Origin: the human T2T-CHM13v2.0 reference genome, Homo sapiens
Length of the DNA: 64,000 nucleotides
Assembly (NCBI RefSeq): GCF_009914755.1
Contig: NC_060935.1
Strand: one strand, 5' to 3'
The notes beneath the pieces are model-generated. The model searched no databases. It was not told where the DNA came from and worked only from the letters and a program-made list of their open reading frames with translations. Positions 34,057 through 61,299 of the stretch are shown here, piece after piece. Both the position numbers and the translations under genes were made by a program. Positions within the stretch are counted from its first letter, which is position 1; every line of letters begins with the position of its first letter.

Positions 34057-35108
34057 AGATGTGATTATGAAATAAAGAACAAGATCGATATTTCATGTAA
34101 CTATACTGAAATGAAAACATCTAAATCCCTGCCATCCCCAGCATAGCAGTACATCTTGGGAAGCTACCCACTTGGCCTAACTCCACTCACTGTGTTTGCT
34201 CAAAACATTTTTGGAATGCTTCTCTCTGCCAGTCAGAGCCCCAAGCAGAAGACATTCACAGGAAATGAAATCAATGATTTACTATTCATCCGCCATAGAC
34301 TGTTACTCATCCTGAACAAGTGAATGAGTGATTATTTTCAAAACAGACGAACAGATAAGAGCAAGCCACAACCCTCACACCACTTCACAGAGTGGCCATT
34401 CAGCACTCAGACCAAGTATCCCTCAGCTTCCCAGAACTTTTTCCAGATACGCTCAGAGAAGCACTTGTTGGCAACTTCACCAGGAGCCACTTTCTAAATG
34501 GGGAAGTGATTGGCTCTGAGGAACAGCATGGATTAGTCACAGGAGGCGAGGGATGGTGACATTCCTGAAAACAGAGGGGACCAGAAATAGATTTACACAT
34601 GTCTAGGGCACTCTTTTCTCTACAGAAAGGTTTAAAAACACTGGCTCTAATGAGGGGTGGGTGGTATGTAACAAGGGTAATGTGGGAGAGAGGCAAACCC
34701 ATTTCAGGGAAAAGCACTTCCCTGGAGATGTTCTCAAGAGCCTTTATTTACAGAAAAAGTTGCGTGACCGTGAGCATCCTGAAGAAGAACCACCTTCCTC
34801 AGATTTCAAAGGCCAATCATGTTGATGCTCTTAGCCAGTGATTACTAGCTGGATCTGTGGATTTGTGAGACGCCTGTGTGGTGATGTGAAAACGGAAAAG
34901 TCCAAGAACCGGAAGCCAAGCAGCTTAGACGGCTCTGGCACCTTGGGGCCAGTGCTAGGCACTCAGAGTGAGAGCATCCCCTGCTCAGGTGAAGTAATCT
35001 TTCCTGCAAGGCTCTACAACCACTGGAGAGAGACCCAAGGTCCTCCGTCATTTGAAAGGCTTAACTGCAATTTCTTTTTTATTTTACTTTATGTCTAATT
35101 TTTAAAAT

Positions 35109-37700
<2,592 letters not shown>

Positions 37701-37907
37701 TGAGACATGATGAGGGTTACTAGCAATACAGTGTGACTCCAGAGGACAGTTCAACCTTCATCCTGAGAGAATTTCTATTTTAGATGCCTTTCAGAGGCTG
37801 AAGGAGTGAGTTAAACCTTCACTTGGCTTCACCTGAAACATTCATCTTCGCTGCTTTAAGGAACTTGCCCTTTCCTCCTAAGAGCACCAAGTCATAAGAC
37901 ATTTCTA

Positions 37908-38255
<348 letters not shown>

Positions 38256-39429
38256 TTAATGTATAGCTTTAATTTCAGAAAATCTGCATTTCAACACTGA
38301 TTTACCATCTTTCATCACTCTATTATCATGGGTTAGTCACATAATTTTTCTGAGCCTCAAATTTTTGTTGTTGTTCTTCCAAAGAAAAATGTATTGAAGC
38401 AACTTTCCCATGTTGTTTTGTTTTCTTAGGTGAATAATAATTAAACAAGGTATTATGCCTGAACGTGCTAGGAAATTGTAAAGAGCTATGTAAACACTAT
38501 TGCCAAAGAGGAACAAGAGTGTGCCATTTTAGGTGGGCTGAAGTGGCACAGACAATCGAAGGCCAGGAGCAGTCTCAGTCCCCAGCTCTTCAATTAAAGC
38601 CTTGAGCTAAGAGGTGGATTAGGGCTTGCTTTTCTTCCCCTCTCTTAGTTTCCCTTAACGGGAGCTGCTAATAGAGGAGCAGGCCCTAAGGAAGCTCCTA
38701 GGAGGCTCCGTCCAGGCTCACCTTGCACACTCAGCCCCAGAGGCACCCACACGCAGTCTGGTGGGAGGGCAATGACTAATGTAAAAAGTCAGAGCCAAGA
38801 AACTGGAAGAACTGTGCCTCTTGTCATCTACAGATGTGTTTTCCAAACCACACTTCCCATGGAACATTAGAGATTGGCTAAAATATTTCTCTTGCTGGTT
38901 CAGGCCAGCGCATTCTAGGAGGGTCATTTTCCCTTGATGCTCCCCTCCTCAAACTTCCGGTTCTCCTTGCTCCACTTCCTGTGTGTGCCCCTTAGACAGA
39001 CCCTTCAGGGACTGCCTTTAAGGAGAATCCCCTTGAGGTTACTCACAGCACTCTGTGCACCAGACATGAGCTGGGGATGAAGGTCTGTCTAATTACCAAC
39101 AAAATCAAGGGAGGGAGAAGAAAGATTATGACCAGGGCTCTGAGCCAGTCCAGCCAAGGTGCGGCTATGGGGTGGAAGAAAATTTGTTGGCTTTGGTCTC
39201 AAAACCAGGGAGAAGAGAAAATGCAACTGTACTTGTGCTATCAAGATGCCTCTCAGCTGAAATGCAATTCAAGTCCATTCAATAGACATTTATTAAGCCC
39301 CTACTGAGGGCACAGCTAAAGAAAGATGCATGGAGCCTTATGGAGCTCCCATTCTACCCTGGAGAGAAGCACTTAAGCAAATGAAATGCCCTTCATTGTG
39401 CTTGGTGCTATGATAAAGGGGTCACAGAG

Positions 39430-39674
39430 GACAGGATATCCACTTCCTCATGAAATCAGCCCATTCCCTTTTGAGTATGTCTTATAATTAGGAAGTGTCT
39501 TTTCTCTGTTCCTTCTCCCTCTACCCTCCTAGCCCTTCCTTCCTCTCCTCCTCCTTCCGTTTTTCTATTTCCCTTTCCTCTTCTTCCTTCTGCCCTGTCC
39601 CTCTTTTCTCCTCCCCTCCCAGGTCCTGCCAGCTCTGAGAACCTGAGGTCCTGCTTCCCACCCTCTCTGCCCCA
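39430..39674 (+). repeat. Dispersed duplicate of 46593-46834, embedded in L2-like DNA
   Basis: Colinear match from gacaggatatccact to ctctgcccca. Confidence 0.9.
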
Positions 39675-39868
39675 TCTATGCAATGTGGGCAAAGAAGGGA
39701 AGTGAGGTCAGGCAAGGCCTCTTAAAGGAGGCCAGAAGAAGGAAGAATTCCAGGCAGAGGGAACAGCATAAATTGAGAAGTATGGCCTTTCCCAAAAGGC
39801 TTGGGCAAGTATGATTTTCTTACTCATTTCTTGTCCCTGCCCATAATCTATCTCTTCCCCTTAACCTA

Positions 39869-44808
<4,940 letters not shown>

Positions 44809-45249
44809 CCCCTCTTCTCTCTTTGTAATAGAACAGTGTAGACATTTATGAAGCTTTTCCTAGCTTTTCAACGTCAACACAATTAAAGCACAATGCATCT
44901 GAATTGCCAGCCCCCCAACCCAGTGCAGAACAAATGGCAGGAGTCCTAAATAAAACAGGGGTTTGCACTGAGCTGAAGACAAGTGAGGAAGCCAAGCTGG
45001 GATTTCTGTAAAAGTGTCCCAGACAAAAACAGTTTGCATCTCAGGTGCCTAGTTTTTCATAGTGCTTTTTCCAGTCTACCTAAAACTATTTTTATATGCA
45101 TCATTTCCTTTATCTTACAGTTTGCCTAAAGGCAGGGAGAAAGACAATTAATTCAATTTTTCTGGAGAAACAGAGATCCAGCAATTCTATGTCAAGGGGC
45201 ATAGATGGAGTCAAAAAACTATCTTAAAGGCTGGTGTCCTTTTATCATC

Positions 45250-46325
45250 ATAACAATGGTCGTTAACTAGTTGTTTGGCCAAATGTTAAGAGTTCAAATC
45301 TTGGCTCTGCCATTTACTAGCCATGTGACCTTGGACAAGATACTTGACCTCTGGCTCAGCACCTTCATTTGTAAAGTAGTTCCTAGTTCATAGTCTTGTC
45401 AAGGAATTGTTTGAGTCACATATGTAAGAAGCAAAGAACAACACCAGCATATAGTAAGTACTCAATAAATTTGAGTTATCATTTATGTAGCGCTTTATGG
45501 TTTACAAAGCGCTTTCACATACATTATTATCTCTTGACTAAGATCCAGATCATTTGACTTTCAGCCCAGGCATTTGGAAACAATTCAGAATACTGGATAA
45601 AATCCAGCATGTTTTACCGAACACATCCAAGGAGGCTAATACTAGGTATGGTGTTGCCAGCCCAGTCTTGTCTTTTTGCTCCATGTCCTGGAAGAGCATT
45701 CTGCAAGGTCTCCAGGATATCCCCTTTGCTCTGGAAGCAGCTACTACCCAGGAAGCATTAATTTTCCCTCATCCTTTGTACAGCAGGAGGCAGAATTAAT
45801 ACACATTGTTGCTTAAGCTCCAGCTGTCTTATCTCCCTGCTTCCAAACACCACTGGCTATTCTTTAGGAAACCAATTCCAGGCTCAGGGAGTTACACTGT
45901 ATCATTTCCCCTGGTAAAACCTTCACAGGCCTTATAAAGCAACCTCAAAAAGCCACTCCATGGGTGCTGGTCACCATCCCTCCCCCATATTCCAACCAGG
46001 GACAGGCCCGGACTGACATTTCTGGAAAACCCAGTGTGTGCAAGGTTAGGTTACCACGGTCCATACCAATGAGGAAATTAGGCTGTAGAGAGAAGTAACT
46101 TGTCTAAGGCACCGCAGTGGATACGAGTGCTGTAGCTACGCACTTACCAGCTCTATGATCTTCCCCAACCTCTCTGAGCTGAGTTTTCTCATCTGTAAAA
46201 CTGGGATAATGATTAAACACACTCCTAGGGTCAGTAGAAAACTTCAGTGAGTTCATTCATTACGATTAGCACAATGACTGGCACATACAAGAGCCCAATA
46301 AATGTTAGGTTTTATTATTATTATT
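45250..46325. mobile_element. MIR fragments (~45270-45480, ~46060-46325)
   Basis: MIR core ttcaaatcttggctctgccatttactag..tgtgaccttggacaag; ctcatctgtaaaactggg. Confidence 0.7.
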
Positions 46326-46592
46326 ACCCAAAAAAGACTATCAGTTAGGGTGTACTCATTGCCTCTTTCATTATAGCAAGTGGGACCCTTGTCCCTGACT
46401 GAAGACAATGACTTTGTTTCCAAACGAAAGAGGGTTAGCATCCCCCAGCCAAATTCACCAGGTGGGGCATGGGGCATCAATATGGTTGTGGCTTCCACCA
46501 TCTTTGCAGTGGGAGTAGTTTTGTCCAGCCTATGATACAATTCACTTATTATTGTGCAGTGGTGATTCGGTCCGTCTTTGAATCCTTTTATT

Positions 46593-46834
46593 GACAGGAT
46601 ATCCACTCCCTAATGAAATAAGCCCGTTCCCTTTTGAACACCTCTTATAATTAGGAAGTATGTTTTCTCTGTTCCTTCTTCCTCTACCCTCCTATCCCTT
46701 CATTCTTCTCCTCCTCCTTCCTCCTTTCTTTTTCCCTTCCCTCTTCTTTCTGCCCTGTCCCTCTTTTCTTGTCCCCTCCCAGGTCCTGCCACCTCTGAGA
46801 ACCTGAGGTCCTTCTCCCCAACCCCTCTGCCCCA
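46593..46834 (+). repeat. Promoter-proximal copy of the ~245-bp duplicated segment (MIR3/L3-like start plus pyrimidine tract)
   Basis: Matches 39430-39674. Confidence 0.9.
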
Positions 46835-47668
46835 CCGGGAAGGCACTATTCAGTCACTGACCATAACCTTGTAGAGCGCAGTAGGTCTTTAGTGCAGCCA
46901 CTTGGCCGGCTGATTGGGAACTCAACTTCCGATGGTCCTAACAACCCTTTGGGTTTTGCAGGATCTTTGAGAAGCAAAACCTTTTACCTAGGCCTTATGG
47001 CTTGGCCTTCTGGTCCATTAGTATCATCCACCAGTTCACCCAATTTCCATTAATAACCGCATCTAGAATCACATGAAACTTGAGATGGGTTGATCTCCTG
47101 TCTTGAGGCCCAGCTGGGCGGGTATGCCAGCCAAGGAGAGGGCTGGGGCGCCGGGGGTGACTCTCGGGAGGTGAAGCACACAAGCAGCCCATAAGGTTGG
47201 GATCCTCCGTCTCCAAGTAGCGCGACTACAGCTCTTGCCCGCACGGAGCAGCCTCGGACAGCGCGGCCGCTTTAAGAGAGGGGCGGGGCCCGGGTACAGG
47301 CAAGTCAGGGCCAGCCCACAAGGCTCCTTTTCCTTTTTGATCCATTCAAAAATTACTCATTGCAAATTCCCGGACTGCTAGGCGAGGAGAGGGAAGGGGG
47401 CGGAGGAGACAGGGCTACTGCAGGCGCAGCGCTGGGGGCAGCCGGGGGCCCGAGTGGCTGAGGCTGGTCCCGCAGCGGCCGCTTGCCGGCGTTCTGGCTC
47501 CTGTGGCCTCACCAGGAAGCGTCAGAGTCTCGACACTGGGGAAGCTCGGAGCGCCGCCTCCGCTGCCGCCGCCTCCTGCCTGGCTCTGGGTCCCCGAGCC
47601 CCCTCCCCTGGCCCAGCCCGACTCCCTCCTCCTTCCCGAACCATCCGGCTCGGGCTCCTTCCCTGGCG

Positions 47669-47683
47669 ATGGCTGGCCGCTGA
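47669..47683 (+). other. Upstream ORF (Met-Ala-Gly-Arg-stop) in the UBASH3B 5' leader
   Basis: gcgATGGCTGGCCGCTGA: G at -3 and +4, in frame with the main ATG, stop 3 nt before it. Confidence 0.75.
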
Positions 47684-47686
47684 GCC

Positions 47687-47847
47687 ATGGCTCAGTACGG
47701 CCACCCCAGTCCGCTCGGCATGGCTGCGAGAGAGGAGCTGTACAGCAAAGTCACCCCCCGGAGGAACCGCCAACAGCGCCCCGGCACCATCAAGCATGGA
47801 TCGGCGCTGGACGTGCTCCTCTCCATGGGGTTCCCCAGAGCCCGCGC
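47687..47847 (+). CDS. UBASH3B: UBASH3B (STS-1/TULA-2) coding exon 1: MAQYGHPSPLGMAAREELYSKVTPRRNRQQRPGTIKHGSALDVLLSMGFPRARA, start of the UBA domain; phase-2 donor GC|GTAAGT
   Basis: gccATGG Kozak at 47687. The manual translation matches the known STS-1 N-terminus, including the UBA 'LLSMGFP' motif. Consensus donor GTAAGT at 47848-47853; lies in a CpG island. Confidence 0.97.
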
Positions 47848-48929
47848 GTAAGTGGCCGGGCTCGCAGCCCTCGGCGACCCCTCCCGCGCGCGCGGCCGGC
47901 CCTCGGCTTCGCTCCGGCTCGCCTCCCAGCGCCTGCGGGACAGGCAGCGCGCTCCCCGCTGCCCGAGACCTGTTGGGGGCGGGATGGGCGCGCTGGCAAC
48001 CCGGGACTCGGCTCCGGGCGGGGGTGCGGGGGAAGACGCGGCGCGGGGACGTTGGGCCAGGGCTCGCCGTGGGATGCCTAAAGCTGGGGGACGAGGGCGC
48101 GGGGTTCGAGTCCCGGGTACAGTGCTCAGCCTCCGCCCCAGCCGGGTGGAGCTCAGCGTTTCTCTCGCGCGCTCCCCTAGGTCTCCAGCGCCGAGCGCCT
48201 AGGGAGGCGGGGCCCTGCGGAGGACTCGGGCACCCTCTCCGTCTGGAATACTGGGCTGGTCTGGGATCCTCCGGTGTCTGGGAAAGGGCGGGAGACTGCG
48301 GGGCAGGGAGGCCGGCGCCCCCGTTGCAGCGGCTTCCAGCTCCGGATGTCGCTCTCGGGTTCGGTCTCCCCCTGGAGTAGGAGGAGCGGGAGCGTGGGTG
48401 TTCCTGCGTGTTCATTGATGGGGAGGATGGAATCAGAAGGAGAAGCGATCCCTCCAGGGGACCTGGGTTCTCGTCAGTGGTGACGGCAGCTCAGAAATCT
48501 GTGGGTGCCTGAGAGTAAGGAGGGGGAGCTGTTCTTCATCCTTCCTCTAGGAGAGTGGGGTAGGGGAGGGCAGGGAGAGCGCAGGTGGCTGCCCCTGGAG
48601 CCTGCTGGGGAGAGGCCTGTTTGCCAGCATAGGGTGGCGGCGGCCGGAGTCGTCTCAGGCCGGTCGGCTCAAGTCTCAGGGGCTGGAACTCTGCCTAAGA
48701 GGAAGCCAAGGCCCAGCGGCCAGGCCCTTCTCCCCTGGTTAATCCCTGCCGTGCAGATTTCTTAGGTGGGGACACAAGGCCTGGCGTCCGGACTGGGCGC
48801 AGCTTCTTTTCATCTTTGAATTACAGCACCTGAACAGGAGAGTTGGCCAAACTTAATCAGTGAGGGCCAAGTAAATGAAAGTCCTTTTTATTTTTTTCCC
48901 TTCTCACATTTTTTTTTTCAGGTGATAAC

Positions 48930-49894
<965 letters not shown>

Positions 49895-50443
49895 CTACTG
49901 CCTTTTTTGAAATAAGGCCAGCATTAAAAACCTAAATTGCTTAATTAAGGGAAGAAATACTTAACTGAACTCCTCAGTCATATTTGAGATTCAAATTCAA
50001 ATCAGCTTTAAAGGGACATCTTTTCTCCTGCTCTGAGTCCAGGAGGTCTTGACATGTCTTGACAGATTAGCATAAGGGTCATTTTTGGCTTGTTTAACCC
50101 CTGAGGTCTCCTAATAGCTAGCATGTATTGAATACTTACTCCATACTGTTCTAAGTACTTATATCTTTATTACCCATTTTATCCTCCTAGCAACTCAATG
50201 AGGAAGGTACCACATGCCCATTTTATGAATTGGGCAACTGAGGTTTAGAAGGGTTGCATAACTTGCTCAAGGTCACAACAGTAAGCAGTGAAGCTGGGAT
50301 TCAAACCCAGGTATTCTATCTGCACAGCCCAGGCCTCACACCATCTAGGGCCAGTAGGGCCAGGATAGAAATGATTGAATGTGGGTAAAATGCTTAGAAC
50401 AGTTCCTGGCACATAGTGAGCAATCGTGAAGTGTTAGTTACTG

Positions 50444-50918
50444 TATTAGCTTCCTGTGACTGCTGTAACAAATTGTCACAAACTGAGTGGCTTAGAACAG
50501 CAGAAATTTATTCTCTCACAATTGTAGAGACCAGGAGTTGAAAATCAGTATCGCTGGGCTGAAATCAAGGCATCAGCAGGGCCGTGCTCCCTCTGGAGGC
50601 TCTAGGGGAATCCACTCCCTGCCTCTCCTACCTTCTGTTGGGGGCTGGCATTCTTTGGCTTGTGGCTGCATCAATCCAATCACTGCGTTTGTGGTCAAAT
50701 TGTCTTTGTTTTCTGTCTGTGTCCAATCTTCCTTGGCATGTCTCTTATAAGGATACATGTGGTTGTACTTAGGGCCCACTTGGATAATCCAGAGTAATCT
50801 CCCCATCTCAAGATCATTATCTGCAAAGTCCTTTAAAAAAAAATGTATAAGGCGGCATTCACAGCTTCTAGGGATTAGGATGTGGGTGTCTTTTGGGGGA
50901 TCATTATTTAGCCTATCA
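50444..50918 (-). mobile_element. MLT1 (MaLR) LTR, next to MIR fragments (~50110-50440)
   Basis: tgtattagcttcct..ctgctgtaacaaatt..ctctggaggctctagggga..gataatccag motifs. Confidence 0.82.
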
Positions 50919-51394
50919 CAGCTATTATTATATTACTACTAGCACTGCCCCTCTTTACCAAAGAGGTAACAAGAGCAGGCCTGGAGAGAGGGAGGTTGGG
51001 TTTGCTGCTCTTTTTCTTAAATTCTCTGCCTGGAAGGGAGTGAAGGTCCTGGAGGTCACCTGATCTAGTTGGACTCCTTGCCCAGGCTTGCTTCCCTCCT
51101 CTACTTCAACCCAGAAAGGCTGATGTGGTCGGCCTTCCCCCCAGTAACTTAGACCAGTATGAAGAGGGGCCCTCGGAGGCTTCAGAGAACAGGCATTTAA
51201 CTTCATTTTTGAGAGTTGAGAAGAAAGAGCAAGGGCATCGGGCTTAGCTCATCAGAAGCTTCTCTCTTGAGCTTTATGCCTGGAGGGCTGAGCATAATGA
51301 AAATCCAAAGCCCCAAAGAGCAGTGATGGTCTCCTGGGTCTAGAAGACTTGGATGTGATGCTTTAAGAAGGGGTAAGATGGTTGTCTCAAACCT

Positions 51395-51480
51395 GGCCCT
51401 TTTGACAGACTGACATTAGCCAGGGCTGACAGCTCTAGGCCCTTTTGACAGAGTGACAGCAGCCAGGGCTGACAGCTCTA
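51395..51480 (+). repeat. 43-bp tandem duplication rich in TGACAG
   Basis: ggcccttttgacaga(c/g)tgaca(tt/gc)agccagggctgacagctcta twice. Confidence 0.93.
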
Positions 51481-53534
51481 GTTTCCCCTATGGGTGTAAC
51501 TGGGTCTGGTGGTGTGCGGCAGCAAGAAGGGGCACTCAGGCCAGGCTCTTGGTGGGCTGGCAGAGAGGGTTGAGGCCAGCAAGGCTGGATCCCACCCAGC
51601 CCGTGCTGGGCTGCACTGTGCTGTGGTCTTGCAAAAGTCACTTAGTCCCCTCAGGGCCATGCTGTTGCCCTCTGAGGGGAACGCAATTAATGACTGCATG
51701 CTTGTTAAGTGCTTGACAGAGCTAAGAGGACCAGAGGGCTGCAGGGCTGGCTCAAGCAGGGTGACCTCAGGGTGTGCTCTCTCTAGCTCATTACTCCCTG
51801 GAGCTGGGCTAGGTTTTTTCCATTCCACTATATGAACTTCAGTCCAACTTAGACACTGCTATAGGAGAATTTGCCTCATGGAGGACTGAGAAGTGGCGAT
51901 TTCACGGTGTGTGTGTGCGTGTGCGCTCGTGTGCAAGTCCAAGTTAAGGAGGTGTTCGGGAGGCATCAGGAAGGAAACCTTTCAAAGGTCAAAATGGCCA
52001 ATCGCTTCCTTTTTTCTATGCCCACTAGCACTTCCCTGTTTTAAGGGTTCTAAAAATAAGGGTCCAGCTTCCTTGAGGCTAGTGAGGTTGGTTGGAAGGA
52101 AAAGAAAGAATGTATTGGGGGCAAAGACCTGAGGAAGAGGAGACCTCACAGGCCAGGAGAGGGTCTGAGCCTAACACCGGAGAAGATGGGACAGGACTCA
52201 GATCAGAGCCATCACTTTGCACAGCCAGATCCGATGTCAGAGCACTGTCATCCCCCTGCTGACCTCTGGTTTCTGGGGAGACAGGCTCTCATCTCTTCTG
52301 TAGCTTGGGGCTGATGCTGGGCCTTGGAGCAAGTCACTGAATAATTGAATTGGAGGAATCCTTGCTGATACAACCCTGATGAGTTTTTTTATTATTTTTA
52401 TTTTTTGAGGCTGCTGGTGGCTAGAACTTTGTCTACAACAAATGGCTTTTTAATGTTTCCAGTGATTAAGAGATAATAGTCTTGGGAAGGACACTGTGGC
52501 AGGGGTCAAAGGTCCTAAGGTCTGGTCTAGCTTCTGAATGATATCTGCACCTTTTAGGTCTTCTATTTAACCTCTTTTCCTTAATATCTTCACCAGCTTC
52601 TGTGCGTGGCAAGACCTGTCATGTGTCACGGGCCTTTCCAAAGACAAAATGAGATAACAGACAGAAAAGAACTTGGGAAAGTTAAAGATAGGATCAGGAT
52701 GCAAGATGTGATTGGGGCATTATTGTGTTGGATTGCAAGAAGGGAGAGGAGGTGAGATGGTGGTTGAGGTGTCTGGCGAGGATTTACGTGTATTATTGGA
52801 TTGTCCTTTTTTTTCTACTGAGAATATTTGAACAATGCCAAATTAAAGAGCAAGGCAGTGGCAGAAGGAAAGAGCTGGAATGAGCGCTTTTGACTTGGCT
52901 TTGGACAGTAAGCTGTGTTAGCTATGCCTCACTGCCCAAAGATAAAAGCAGCTCCAAGTTGGCTGCATGAGGAGTTGAGAAGCGGCATGTGGAGCCCATG
53001 AATTAAAGTATCTGGTTTCCCTGGCTTTTTCCAGCTTACCTGTTGGTTGACATTGGATCCTCTGAGAACACTTGGCCAACCCAACATCTCTGAAATGTAG
53101 CTGACTCTGGCGTGGGGGCTGCAGCTGCTTTCCCAGCCTTGGATAGACAGAAAGAGGAAAAACTGGAACCCACCTGGAGCTGAAGGGCTCTTATAGGTGG
53201 GCAGGGCAAGGAAGTCTCTAATCTACCTGCTGTGACTGTGCACCCACATAACACGCCCTTCTATCTGTGTTATTATACACTGTAAAAATTGCTCTTATGT
53301 GTATTAGATACCCCACAGCAGTCTTGTGAGGTAAAGCACACAACATATGCTTTGTTTTAAGATGAGACTGGAGGCTTAGAGGAGTTCAGGACGTGTCTAG
53401 AGTCACACAGTTGGTATGCAGGGACTGCATTGCCATAAGAGCCTCAGGCTAAACTGCAAGTCTCCTGAACTTTCCAGGCTACACGAGGTCCTGGTTCCAA
53501 AAAAAAAAAACAAAAAAAAAAATACCTTGATATG

Positions 53535-59994
<6,460 letters not shown>

Positions 59995-60743
59995 TGAATT
60001 AGCCTTTTCATATGGTTTTCTCTGTCTTTTCCTTTTGCTCCTCTCTTGCTTCTGGCCTTTTGTTTGCATCTCAGCCTGTAGAAGACAAAGCTAACCTGTC
60101 CGTAGGCCATGGGAGTGGGCATCTCTCTAGGTGGGTGAGATGCTTGGGTGAGAAAGTGCCACTTGTACCAGTGATAGGATATTGAAGGGATAGACAGTAG
60201 TCTCAGTCACCCATCCATGAGGGTAAGAACAAGCGATATTCTGCTATAGCAGAAAGAAAATTGGCTTTAGAGACAAAAGACTTGGCTCAAGTCCTGGATC
60301 TGTCACTTTCTGAGGATGTGGTTTTGAACGTTATTTCTATAGGTGGCTGCATCGAAATGAGGCAGTGGATATAAAAGTAATAAAAACCACAAAAAGTCAT
60401 GCACATGCAAAGTGATACTATTATTTGTTACCAACAATTGGGTCCTGGTACTTTGAGGCTCTCAAAGTACTGTGAACTGTTGGTTTTGTGTGGTATTTAG
60501 TGGGCTATTCTAGTCTTCTTCCTTGCCAAGCACCACTGTTTCAGAGAGGCTAATTCCGTCAGCGTGAGGAACAGAAGGAGTCACTCGAGAAGCCATCTCC
60601 ACCAAAGTAAACACATCCTTCTGGAAGCTTAAATTTTCACTTTATCCCTTGGGAACTAGGGACATGAGTCATAATGAGTTAGCAGGTGGCTTTTGTGAAA
60701 TACAAGAGGCTTTGTGAAATGCAGCAAATATAGCCAAAAGCAT

Positions 60744-61207
60744 GTGTAGTAGCTTCCTATGGCTGCTCTCACAAATTACTACAAATTCAGTGGCTTACAA
60801 CAACACACATGCATTCCCATTTATTCAGTTAGGAAGTCAAAAGTCTGAAATGCATATCATAGGCTAACGTCAACGCGTCAATAGAACCGTGTTCTTCCTG
60901 GAAAGAATGTGTTTCCTTGACTTTTTCCAGAGTCCGCCTCCATCCCTTGGCTAGTGGCCCCTTCCTCCTCCATCTTCAAGTACGTCACTCCAAGCCCTCC
61001 TCATCATCATCACCTCCTGTCTCTGTCTGTGACTCTCCTGCCTCACTCCTTTCCTTGTAAGGGCCCTAATGATTATATCTTCCCAGCTCAAGCTCCTCAG
61101 CTGAATCACATCTGTAAAGTCTCTTTTGCCATGTAAGGTCACATATTCACAGGGTCTGCAGATTAGGACATGGACAGCTTTGGTGACTATTATTCTGTCA
61201 GCCACAG
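60744..61207 (-). mobile_element. MLT1 (MaLR) LTR
   Basis: tgtgtagtagcttcctatggctgct..gtggcttacaacaacac..gccatgtaaggtcacatattcacagg..gccaca. Confidence 0.82.
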
Positions 61208-61299
61208 CATGTGTGTATGTAAGCGCTTGGTCTGCCTTTCCCCTGAGTTCATGACATTTCTGTTACTAACTTGTCACCCTTACCATTTCCAACCCAAGC

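Larger units (their letters stand above)
47130..48400. promoter_or_regulatory. UBASH3B: CpG island / TATA-less promoter and 5' UTR of UBASH3B
   Basis: Very GC- and CpG-rich stretch against a CpG-depleted background. GC boxes GGGGCGGGGC (~47280) and GGGGGCGGAG (~47396). It surrounds exon 1; the exact TSS cannot be read from sequence. Confidence 0.92.

Noticed and set aside
47454-48415. Long ORFs of 308, 297 and 192 aa across the CpG island
   Set aside because: Low-complexity Pro/Ala/Arg/Gly products expected from stop-poor GC-rich DNA. They are in the wrong frame or strand and run through the real splice donor.
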